A stretch of 64,000 bases of DNA from Gonapodya sp. JEL0774. Taxonomy: Eukaryota. The notes beneath the pieces are model-generated. The model had not been told where the DNA came from. It saw only the letters and a list, made by a program, of their open reading frames with translations, and did no database searches. Every line of letters begins with the position of its first letter. The first letter of the stretch is position 1. Made by a program: the position numbers and the translations under genes. Below are positions 1 to 10,793 of this stretch, piece by piece. The stretch spans positions 62,001 through 126,000 of the forward strand of contig JADIIX010000025.1 of the NCBI GenBank assembly GCA_027604505.1. The letters run 5' to 3'.

Positions 1-1012
1 TCACTCAGCTATGGCCATTAGGGACTCTTTGCATACTGGTGGTTGCCATCAAGGTGGCAGGATTCACACCGTCGAGACCGGCGTGGCTTGCAATGGGCTT
101 GGGGAGCCCATTCCGAGGGCCACCACGCACAGTTGTCGCTCTTGCAGCTGACGTCGCTACACCTCCAGCGAGAAAACGTGAAAAAGTGAAGGTTCCTCAA
201 TCAAAATCACAGCGGGATAAAGCACCTCCAAGAGCTTCTTCACTTTCGCTTCCAGCTTCTCCCCGACACCGCACTGCATCGTCCTTGGGCGAGCCTGGCG
301 CACTACCAAACTTGAATCTGTCACAGTCCATGGCAGGTGATCTAGGAACGACCGCATATCCCACACCTGCTCTCACGCCGCGTTCAGTTCCGTCAAGTCC
401 TCCATCGTATAAAGTGAGCTTTCCTGAGCGTCTTCATCGTCGTAGGACTACTTCTCTGACTGAAAACGACAGATGCTGCCCTCCACACCGTCATCATCGT
501 CGCCACGCTTCTCAGTGTCCTCTCTGAATGGGCCATCAGGGACAAGCAGTCCACAAATCTCCCCTCGTCTCCTCCCAGCCAGTTTTACGGGCACAACATC
601 TTCCCCCAGGATAGTTTCCTCACCCAAACTTACCGCCAGTCCCCACTTCCGCCCGTCCACTCCCTCCGCACTCGCTCCCGAAGGACTCGATCTATTTGAG
701 CACGAACCACTTCTTCTTGGCAGATCTGCTTCCTTGGTTTTCTCAGAAAGCGCGACACTTGGGAGTGATAGAAGCGGTAGTAATGCCGGTTTGAGCACCT
801 GGATCAATGTGGACGCGTGGGACGAGGATATGGCCCGAGTGAGAAACGTGCTCGAGGCAGGACGGGCAGGAAAGGAGCTGACCCCTGTTGTCGGCACTGG
901 CGTCACTGGACTCAGCATGGGGGATGTGGGTGTTGTTGAGGCGAATGAGGACATTCAGGCAGTCGCGATGACACCGAGTGCGATGATCGGGTTGCCGCTC
1001 TTGGGGAGGTGA
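1..1012 (+). CDS. 3' part of a hypothetical protein (hydrophobic segment then Ser/Pro-rich low-complexity tail); 5' end lies outside the window
   Basis: ORFs 39-527 and 473-1012 join in frame through a phase-0 intron 414-472 (GTGAGC...CTGAC...CAG); stop TGA at 1010-1012. Confidence 0.6.
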
Positions 1013-1425
1013 GCGTGGTAAATATGGACTGATGGGTAGGTTTGTAGACCGTGTAGACCGTAATTACTTCGACTGTTAATCTCGTACCATGACACAAGTG
1101 CATTTACTGTATATTAGCCAGATATAGAATGTGGTGAAGACCAAAATTCAATCCTGACTTCATAACCCACACACGTTTTCCTAAAAAGCACACAAATCTT
1201 CTCCCATGCATCTGCCACTGCAAAAGAGATTTGCTTGGAGTAAGTTATCAAGGCGCTCAGATGGTTTTACCGTACCTCTGGCGGTGCATGAGAACATCAC
1301 CGCCACGTCATGCTCATGCGTTACATTACCCCGAACGAAGTTAACTTAGTTCGTTCCATCTCACAACGCACGCAGACAGCTTTCAATAGAAATTTGGAGT
1401 GAAATACCAAGGGAGGAAAGAGATA

Positions 1426-2369
1426 ATGGTGAGTGGCCCGGTATCGACTCGGTTCAAGGCTTTGATTTCATTCGTTGCGATGATCCTGATCCGCATGATC
1501 CCACCAGTCCAAAGGATCGTACTTGCCTCTGTTCATGTTCGGGAGATCTAAAGACGACCAGCAAACCCAAGGACTGTCGTCTACAGATGCGTGGCTGTCT
1601 GAATGGGCTCTTCAGCCTGTCGACGTGAGTCCTCAGGCTGCACGTGCGCTGCAACGATGTTTCGCCGATGATCAGCTCATTCTCCCCTCCATCATGCAAC
1701 ACCTTAACAGACCATCATTCGGATCGTTATCCAGGCAGCGACTTTAGTGGCATCTGCGATTGCGGCTGGCCTGGCAATCGCGGGTTTCGTTAGCCCAACG
1801 GGCACTTCCGACCGTCTCCCACTTCATTCTTACAATAGTGGTTATCTGGGCGCATTTCTGGGATGCGCTCTCACTCAAATTGTTACCAGTGCTATCTTTT
1901 TGGTGTACTTGTTCACTCTGGGTAGAAAACAGAAATGGAGCGGGCGCTGGACTTTGTGGGACATCGCTGGAGGTTGTTTCAGCCGGCAAATGCGGTGAGT
2001 CAGCGTTTGCGGAATGAAGTATTACAAGCTGTGAGCGATTTTAAAATCCCTTGTTTTCCCCGCAGTTCGATTCAGTTTTCGAACATGGGATGCTGCCTTC
2101 TCATTTTCTGGGGTATTATGATGCGCTTGGCATCAAGCCCGACCGATATATGCAGGTCAGGAAATTACACGACTTTCGATACGTCTGATGTAATCTTCAA
2201 GAGAGCCACCGCGGACGCGCCGGACTCGTGCCAAAAGTCGGCGTTTCAAGAGGCCGGACACGAGCTGCTCTTCAAGGTGTCTGGGTTCACCGCTTTGGGA
2301 CTCACAGCACTCGCGACTTTGGTAGAGCTGTCGACGTTTTTCGCAAAGTGGGGTCCTTGGGTGCCGTAG
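1426..2369 (+). CDS. Small multi-pass (about 4 TM) membrane protein of unknown function
   Basis: ATG at 1426 is followed directly by donor GTGAGT. Introns 1429-1507, 1625-1710, ~1789-1838 and ~1996-2064 link hydrophobic segments (IVIQAATLVASAIAAGLAIAGF; YLGAFLGCALTQIVTSAIFLVYLF; CCLLIFWGIMM; VSGFTALGLTALATLV). Stop at 2369. Confidence 0.6.
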
Positions 2370-2999
2370 AACTGGAACCTTTGTGTTTTGGTCATTAATT
2401 CACTCACTATTGTAACGTCAAGGATTCTGTGAGACAAAGAAGTAATAATGTAACTCCGTATGTGCAGCTCCGGCTCATGAAAAGTCTCCCGACTCGTCCA
2501 GCACGAGTCGACGAAGGAGACCATGCGGGCGCGGATTGGACTCGTATGGTTCTGCAGATGTCAAAACCGGCAGATCGAGTGAGGACCGGCTCACTCATGT
2601 ACATTGTAATATGTACAGAATGGCATGTCGCAATTTGAATGATCTGCCGGGAGAGCATCACAGAATCGCACGACAAATCCTCCGAATCGAACCAACTACA
2701 CTGCATCTGCGCAAGCTCGCATGCACTCTACTTGAGAGTTCACAGGCGTCATTGGTGAGTTGGGAATCGTACGCTGGTATTTGCGTCTCGTTTTCATCAG
2801 CCGACGTCTCTATGATGCTCGAGCCCCTGTTGCGCTAGCTCCAGCACACACCGTGGTTCTCTTACGAATCAATCAATATGTGCGCTCTGTTATTCTCCGA
2901 GAATACACAATGATCAGGATATCACAACCGATGCGTCATCCTCGATCCTACCCCCACCTCGATCCTCTTTCCACCGGCGCCGCCCAACCACACTCAGTC

Positions 3000-4215
3000 C
3001 TACTCCAAGGATCCGCCCACGTAGACACCCTCTCTAGGGAACTCGAAAACAACGTCCTTTCCGGTGAGACGGCGGTACACTGAGGAGAAGGTGTCGAGCT
3101 TGTATTCGAGGGAGGTGTGGTCTTTGCGGTCGAGGAAGCTGGGGGCGGGGTGATGTTTTGATTGGGGAGGGATGGGGTGACGAAGATGAGGAAGATTTGG
3201 AGTATTGGAAGGTAGATTTTAGTGATGATGGTGGTCATGGGGGAAGGATAATCTGACTCAAGCATTCCATGACGACACTGGTGTACGCCTCCATCAGGTC
3301 GAACACAAAAGACAAAGAGAGTCCCAAGTCGCTTGTTATTATTTGTGCTCAACAACGGAAGTGGTGTACCCGGTGTATCCGCCCACAACCAACGTGCTGC
3401 CATTTGAGGGGAACACGGTCACATACTACTCACACTTTGATGACCCTCGACCCGTCAACCTTGACTTTCGTCCTCTTCCCGACAATCTCGGTGGGGTAGC
3501 ACATATCCTCCAACAGCTTCTCGTGCACGCTTGTCAAGGTCCTGGACCTCGGCCTCTTTTGTCCGACCCGCGAGGTCCTGGTGGGCTTGTGCAGAATGCG
3601 TCGTTGGGCGACAAAGACAACGTGGCGGTCCGACAGTTTCTTTTCGAGCTCGCGGACCAGGCGGGTTTGGACACGGCGGAGGGTTTTGAGGAGGGGGACG
3701 GGGACGAAGATGAGGACTGCGCGTTTTGAGTGGCCGATATCGAGCTGGAGAGTGGTGGAGGGAGATAGGAATGGGAAGGAAACAAATTTGTTTGGGATTG
3801 GTTCGTATTGGAGCGGAAGGGAGCGAGAAAGCGACATCAGTCCAACATCCACCGTTCTCCACGACAACAACACGTCATTTAACGCCTTCTCATTCAAAAT
3901 GTCCTGCAATTTCTGGTCATATGGCCTGACTTCATGCATGCATCACTCCAGCCCTGGAGGATCCATTCCATCCCCATTCGAACGTCCAGAGGAGGTTCAT
4001 CGTAGGACGCACGCATTCACCATACTTGTATGCACCCCGCTGCGTTTGGTAGAAGAACTCACCTCTTTGGCAGCGTTGAACTGAAGGATTCGCAGATCGG
4101 CCCTGAGTTCTGGCACGTTCTGCTCCAGCTCGTATACGTTCCTGGCGACCTCAAGTTCCAGCTCGTCTGGCTCTACGCCGGTGGGCTTGATAATTTTAGA
4201 GCGAGCGGATGCCAT
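3000..4215 (-). CDS. RPS7: 40S ribosomal protein eS7
   Basis: Three exons (4215-4063, 3744-3434, 3138-3000) read [11 protein letters not shown]..., AVLIFVPVP...RLVRELEKK...RRIL...[13 protein letters not shown]...PTEIVGKR and [24 protein letters not shown], all eS7 hallmark motifs. Confidence 0.97.
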
Positions 4216-4650
4216 GGGTCTGATGGTCTTTCGATATTCAGCTCGGATTCCAACGGGTTGTGGAACTGTCGGGCACTGTGTTGATTGGCCAGAAAATTTC
4301 GCACCAATCAAAACTCTGCGATGGCTCGCGCACAAAGATTGAAAACTGTGCGAAAATTTCGCAATTTTATTAATGTAATTCATTTATTAATGTCATGGCT
4401 CTGACCGTAAGCCGTCTACCGCGTGATTTCCCCGACACCTTCTGAATGACTCCACGTAATTCGGGTTACGGGTGTTCCACCATGAACAAACTTTCACTTT
4501 GTGAGATCAACTGCACACGCTACATGCCTTGTTAATGAAAACCAAAAACATCATTCGTTAGGCTTGTGAACGCTTGTGCACCACCTCAAGCGAATGTGTA
4601 CTGGGAGACGGAATGCGCAATGGTTTGGGAGCTGTGGGCCGTGTGGGGAA

Positions 4651-4861
4651 TCCGTGCCGCAAAAGACACCAACGGAATCAGGAATTTTGGATGATTCTAG
4701 ATCGTACTTTTGCGGCATGGATATGGGGAAACCCCGCCTCGCTCCTGGTGAGAAGCCGAGGTGGCGCCATTGGGGGGAAGGAGTGCTGTACTCTTAGGAA
4801 CTGAAGGGGGTAATTCTAGATCGTGCTTCTGCGGCACGGTTATGAGAAAAACCCGCCTCGC
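4651..4861. repeat. Imperfect inverted repeat (4651-4721) overlapping a 49-bp direct repeat (4694-4742 and 4813-4861)
   Basis: TCCGTGCCGCAAAAG pairs with CTTTTGCGGCATGGA (one mismatch) and GAATCA pairs with TGATTC in register. The direct-repeat copies match at 42/49 nt by manual alignment. Confidence 0.75.
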
Positions 4862-5550
4862 CTCGGGGGAGACGTACTGGAAGCCACCCACATGGCCCGT
4901 GCACGCGAACCGAAGCCAACACAATGGAAGATTTATATCCTCTCATTGAAGGAGTGGATTTGCATGCGATGGACAATGTCAGCAAAGAGCAATCGGATAC
5001 TCGCGCGATGTAGTAGCGTGGGTGGGTCCGGCAATACCCGTCATCGGCATTCGGCAATATTGGACAGACAGAGCCATTCCCCGCCGCACACGTTACCAGG
5101 GCTTCAGGACCGAAAGCATTCTGAATGGATACACGAAGTCCTGTAAAAGCGCATATGACCCTTTGCTGGGATTTCCAGTTTGGCGTGGTGAGCACATTCG
5201 GTGACATTGTTTGTTTTGTGCCGTAGTTCTTGCTCATGATCACATATGATTGCTTGGTGATGGCGATCTCCCGCAATACAAGATGCAGGATTTTCGCTCG
5301 TAACGCGCCAGCACAAGTAACACCGCAAAACTCCCAAAGGCGGTATCCAAACACAAGGACGACAAGAACTGGCAATCCTGATTACTGCAATACAACCAAA
5401 AGTAAAAGCAAAGAAGATGAATACAAAATTTTGTCGTACTGACTCTACCCCAAATTTCGACCCGTCTGATACAATAATGACGTGGCCGAGTCACCGCGAT
5501 CAATAATGCTCGAAGCACACATTCTCCATCTTTCGACCCCGGCCTCACCC

Positions 5551-8500
5551 CTAAAAGTTTTCCTTGTGGAACCTGAACACCGTCGGCGCCTCTCCGCCGG
5601 CCTTCCTTCCAACCTTGGAGTGGCGTACGCACGCGTTGGAGATGTCCTTGGCCTGCGTAAAATGACAGGTCGCGTACGAGACCGGATAAGTCACCATTTC
5701 AGGACGTGCTTTTCATGTTCATACAGCACTGCGCTCTCTTCGACGCACCATGGGACCCGGTCCACACAAGAACACGCCCACTTCCTCTCCCTTGTGTGCT
5801 AATGCCTTCTCCTTGAGGATACGATTCCAGTTGGGACGTCCCGAAAACTAGACGGAAAAGCAACGCATATCAGACAAACTCTCTCGCTGCATATACTGCG
5901 ACGCTGGATCACACCGCTGAGGGGCTTCTTCAGCTCACCTGGTTCCACTTCTCGAGATTAACGCGCTTGAGATCGAGTTCACCCGTCGTGTAAGTGTTCA
6001 GCTCTACTTCCCTCGAAAGGTTTTCGTCCGACGCCACCTCCCACTGTCAGGATGAAAACAAAAGCAATCATGTCGAGTGACAAGTGATCACACCGACGTA
6101 AACGAGAATTTCCTCCAAAATCAAGGTATCCACTCACCATCAAATCCTTAAAGCTCTCAAATTCCTGCACATCTCTACATATCCAGTAGAAGTAAACCTT
6201 GAGCAGCCGCGGTTGCTGTGCGCCGGGTCGCGCGGACATTGCAGAGGCGGTGGTGCGGAGGTTGATGGATTTGATGACACTTGCGAACGGGGTGACACCA
6301 ATGCCTGAAGTAATACAATGCATCGCGAAAAGACCAAGGAACAAGTGTCAGCGTATTGGTTGGAGCAGTACAGCTTCAGTCCCCTATTTTGAAACGTCTC
6401 ATCATCCGACAAACTCACCAGCCCCAACCAACACCACCGTATTGTAATCAAATACCTCTTCACTCGCACTTCCATAAGGCCCATCAATCTTCAATGTCGG
6501 CATCTTATCCTCGGGTGGCACAGGAGGCCCAGTTCTGGACCCCCTCGGCGATGGTTTACCCTTCTCCTCCGAGTCCACCATACGAGCCCGCGAGCTGGCA
6601 TCTACGTCGGCGAGGTTGGTGCCAGGCGAGTCAGGAGACGTGGGATACGAAGATTGGACAAAGTCGGCGGCTGTGTTCGCGGCCAGCTTGCCTTCCTTGA
6701 CTTTAGCCATGGCGGCGATCACGTGGTCGCGGAGCTTGGGAGTCCAGTTCTGTGTGTCAGAGGTGAAGTAAATGGAGAAAGGATGTTGTTGTTCTGGTCA
6801 GGAGTGCGCCAATGTTTCAAATGGTTCAACTCACGAATTCCGGTCTGCATCGAATGTGCAACGTTAAGTGCGGTTCTTCTGGAGCAGATGTAATGGTGAA
6901 AGGATGCCACCTGGCACACCAAAATACAATGAATTGTTAATGACAGGGGCACTCTCCAAACTGTCCGGCTCTAGGTGTGATGTGAAAGCCACTCGGAAAC
7001 ACTTACTCGGTGGTAGTTACATCGGGACAGCAAAGATACAGGTACTGTCCCGCTTTGTATCTGTGGATGAGACGAAAAAGTGGATTTTTGAGAGGAAGCC
7101 GCGTTGCTCCGCTCTACAATGGGTCGCAACTCACGAAAACTTTTTGTTACTCTTCACTGCCATGGTAAGCTTCATAACCTCCTTGTTCACCATCTTTGCG
7201 TCCACGAGCGCTACATCGAGTTTGGCACGGCGACTTTGGATGAGTTTTTCGAGGAGGAGGAATGCGAGCGGCCACTATTGAGGACAACAATAAACAGCGG
7301 GTGAGCATGCGAGGCCGAGAGCACGAGTAGACACAAAGACTCACAAGCACAAATATCCAAAAGGGTGGCCCGTGGAGAATGAGGATCGCGATAGTAGGCA
7401 TCCATAGCTTGTGGAACCAGAGGAAAATAGCGTATCCCTGGGAATATTAAAGGGTTACGCTTGGATATTCGCCTGGAAAGCTAACATTGGAAGACCCACA
7501 TCGTAACGCTTCTTGGCGATCGTGAAATATCGGCGAGAAATGAGGGCAGTGACTTTGAAGTGGAGAGCTCAATCAGTCAGAGTCCTCCGATGCACCCCCG
7601 TATTTGGACTCACCAAACATAATTGACATAAGAAGCAATACCAAATGACCGGTCGCTCCGGCTAAGTTGTTGAGCGCTTGGTCCAGGAATGTGGTACCAA
7701 ACACCTGGTTGGACCAGGCAAAGTCGAGGTAGTGCATGACAACATGTCCAACAGTACAGACGAAGATGAACAAGGCTGTCAGCTGAAAGGCCGGTCAAAA
7801 GACGAGAGGAGGGATCAGTTCCCGCATATATGATGGACTTGCAGCACCGACGCCGACGGAATTTTACCTTGTGCATAAGAATGTTATCGTCAAGGGGAAT
7901 CGCGTCGGCAGCCGGTGTGGTCCTGAGCCAACTGAGGACATTTCTCAACACAGGGAGCAAAATGAAAGAGCAGTTGAAGTCAAGTGCCTTGCCGAAACCC
8001 TTCGCAAAAGGGAAGTAGGGTGCACCCGAACCGCCTCCCAAATTGGTGACGTAGCCCCATACCCAGATAGCGATGTTGGCACCAAGGTACAAAAGCAAAC
8101 ACACGATGCGGGATTCGTTCCATTCCCACCAGTCTTGGAACTTCGCGAGACGTCTTCCAAACCACGTTGTGGCCTCCTGATCAAAACCTAGGCTGCCTCG
8201 GCGAGGCGAATCGGGTGAGTCAAGGTGCTTACGACCACGTGTGCGAACAAACAGGTGGGCGAATCGATGAGTAGGGTTCTTTCGTGTGTATAATAGACCG
8301 ATACTAAGTTATGGAAAGAGCAGGACGCTATTGAGTTCAGTCAATGTGGAAAGTTAACTGCCGAACTCACATGAACCCGGCACCAGAAATTGTAATGAGA
8401 CCTCCTGCACCGATCGCGACGGATGCTCCAGCAGTTACGGCATCAGTAGTTACTGTGACTGTCCCTTTTTGGTCACGATTCGTGAACGCATCGTTCCTTG

Positions 8501-10623
8501 TGGACATCAAATTGAAAACTCCAGTGTTATCCATACGAACAAGGCCGACGTTGACGTAAGCGGGAGCGGCATTCAATTGCTTGCAGTTCATGTTGTCGTC
8601 CGCGTTGGCTGTGTTCGGGTCGCATTTTGTCTGATTGAGGTAGGCCATAAAGGCGCTTACGGCAAAGAAAAGGTGTTATAGCGCGAAGACGTCGCTGTAA
8701 ATTGAGTGATGAACTTGACGAACGACGATCCTCACATAGTGGTCCAATTGTTGGTGAAGTGGACTGGTGCATTAGGATTCTCATTCGGGTTCACGTTCAC
8801 AGGAAACGACGTTCCCCGACTTTTCGTTAAAACGATGTTGGACCGGTCGGTCCCTGTTTTTCCATTACCGTTGTTACCACGATCGTTTGCGTCAGAGCCA
8901 GTCCACTGGACATGGAGGTAGTCGCCGAGGGCGACCGAGACATCGGTTGGGACGAAGTCATACTCAACACTGAAAAAACAATACGGATATGCTACATTTC
9001 CAACTCCTTTGTGTGAGTTGCATAAAGACGTACCTCGGGTACACCTGCACAATATTCCCACGTCGGCCACGAACATTCAGATTTACGATCCTCGGACGAC
9101 GAAGCATTCCTTTGTCGATATCGGCAGGTCGACTGCGAATGATAAATACGTGAGATCGGTCCTCGAATGTCCTGAAAAATTGAGCGGTGTTGATGTTTAG
9201 CCTGAGTGGTCCAGAAACGTTTGCTCCGAGACCAACGAAATCCTTGGCAGGATTGCCCGTGACAGGAGAATTGGCACCATTGTAGAGCGCGAAGGTGTTC
9301 CACCCGTCGAAATCCAGCGAGGAAGTATTGTAGCGGAAGCGGACAACACACTTGGTGCCGTCAGGATGAACACCTTCAGGAATACGCCACGTGTACGAGC
9401 TTGATTGCATTGACCTGTCGTTGGAGCAAAGCATGTGTCAACCAAGATTTTTGGCACAGGGTAATCGTCCTTGAAAACAAAATGACTGACTTGGTGTTGC
9501 CCAAATGATTTACGCGAGAATCTTCACAAGCCCAGCAGTCTGGGGCCGACACGTTCCAGTTCTTACCTGTCATCCATGTAGCGCCTCCTCGCGCACAGGA
9601 TATAGGCTGGTTGAACTGGGGGTCCGAGCAAACTCCTTTGTCACCATTCACGTTCTGAGATTCTCTTTGGTACATGCTGCAGCGATCGGGGTTCCCAGTG
9701 CATACAAAAATGTCCCTCCATGGACTAGGGTGCCAATAAGGATAATAGTCGCGTTCTTCGGGGCACTCGAATCCGAACCGTTGGCCGTTATTGTTTTGTC
9801 GTGTAAACTGGGCCGTGTCACCCTGCAAGTTTTGATCCGCAGTGAACAAGCCCTTGTTTCTTTGTCGGGTGACGCAAGATTGATACCAGCTCAGTGGCTC
9901 GTGTTGTCCGTAAGTCAACCAGCCAGCTGAGTTTGGGTCCGTTGGAATGGTGTTGGTGGTGTAGCCGTCTCGAAGAAGAGAATTACTGTCATCACATGTG
10001 TACTTGGAACGGGAGGTGAGTTTTGATAAATTGGGGAAGAGGATGGCTCACGACGAAACAAGTGAACTCGCATACCTGGATAACAACCTCGCATTTGAGA
10101 TTCGGATTGCCCATCCCACACCCGTGTTGGGCACTCCACTGAAGCGTTAGCTCCGACCCTTCATAAAATTGCATGATTCCTTGACCAGCGCCAGGAATGC
10201 TTGTGTTGTAATTGGTGTTCGCGTTCAAGCAGTTGGGGACGCAAGCATCTAACCAATGACTCCGTCAGAACGTGCCCAATCAGCTTGATGGAGCTTTGAC
10301 GCGTCCAAGGCATAAAGTCGACCTACCTCCTACTTGGTAGCCACCGTTTCCGTTGTTCTGACTGTCGAACAACCTGTTGGCATTGTTCCTCCCGTTACTT
10401 TGCTCGTTGAGCTTGTTGTTGGAGCCTTCAAGAGTGCGGATCAACAGATGCGGTAAACACGTGTCCATATACGACAAAGACGGGAGTTATCAAACTCAAG
10501 GACTTCCATGCCGTGACTCTCACCGCGAGGGTTGTGCATGTAAATGTCACCGACCACGGCATGGGCCATCATGAAGATGATGCCCACCGCGGTACTCGTG
10601 CTGATGGCTCGCATGCGCGCCAT
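5551..10623 (-). CDS. DD3-3-like extracellular domain fused to a NADPH oxidase (NOX) flavocytochrome, about 1,200 aa, multi-exon
   Basis: N-terminal signal peptide, then DD3-3 motifs DIYMHNPRGSNNKLNE, NRLFDSQNN, RNKGLFTADQ, ECPEERDYYPYWHPSPW, RGRRGNIVQVYP, VEYDFVP, QWTGS, GTDRSN and STRNDAFTNRDQKG. One TM helix follows, then the NOX core: heme His pairs spaced 14 (H-KLTALFIFVCTVG-H) and 13 (H-KLWMPTIAILIL-H), TG motif (AGATGH), EWHPFTITSAP, DGPYG, GAGIGVTPF, VYFYWICRD, GRPNW, VGVFLCGP and C-terminal FHKENF*. Confidence 0.88.
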
Positions 10624-10793
10624 TGTCGTTGTACAAATGATGATGAATGTTTCGTGCGACGCGTCTTTGTGGTGTCTGTGCCTTTGAATTTTGTATCATC
10701 GAGAGTCCCTTTGACAATCGCAAAGCTCAAGGCTCAAGGCCTCTTTGACCATCAAAAATTGTACAAGAAAGTCCACGAGTATTCACATCATTC

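Noticed and set aside
3899..3916. ATGTCCTGCAATT resembles my recollection of the vertebrate SNORD96 5.8S guide
   Set aside because: It is antisense to the host intron, has no proper D box, and the fungal 5.8S target sequence differs; likely chance.
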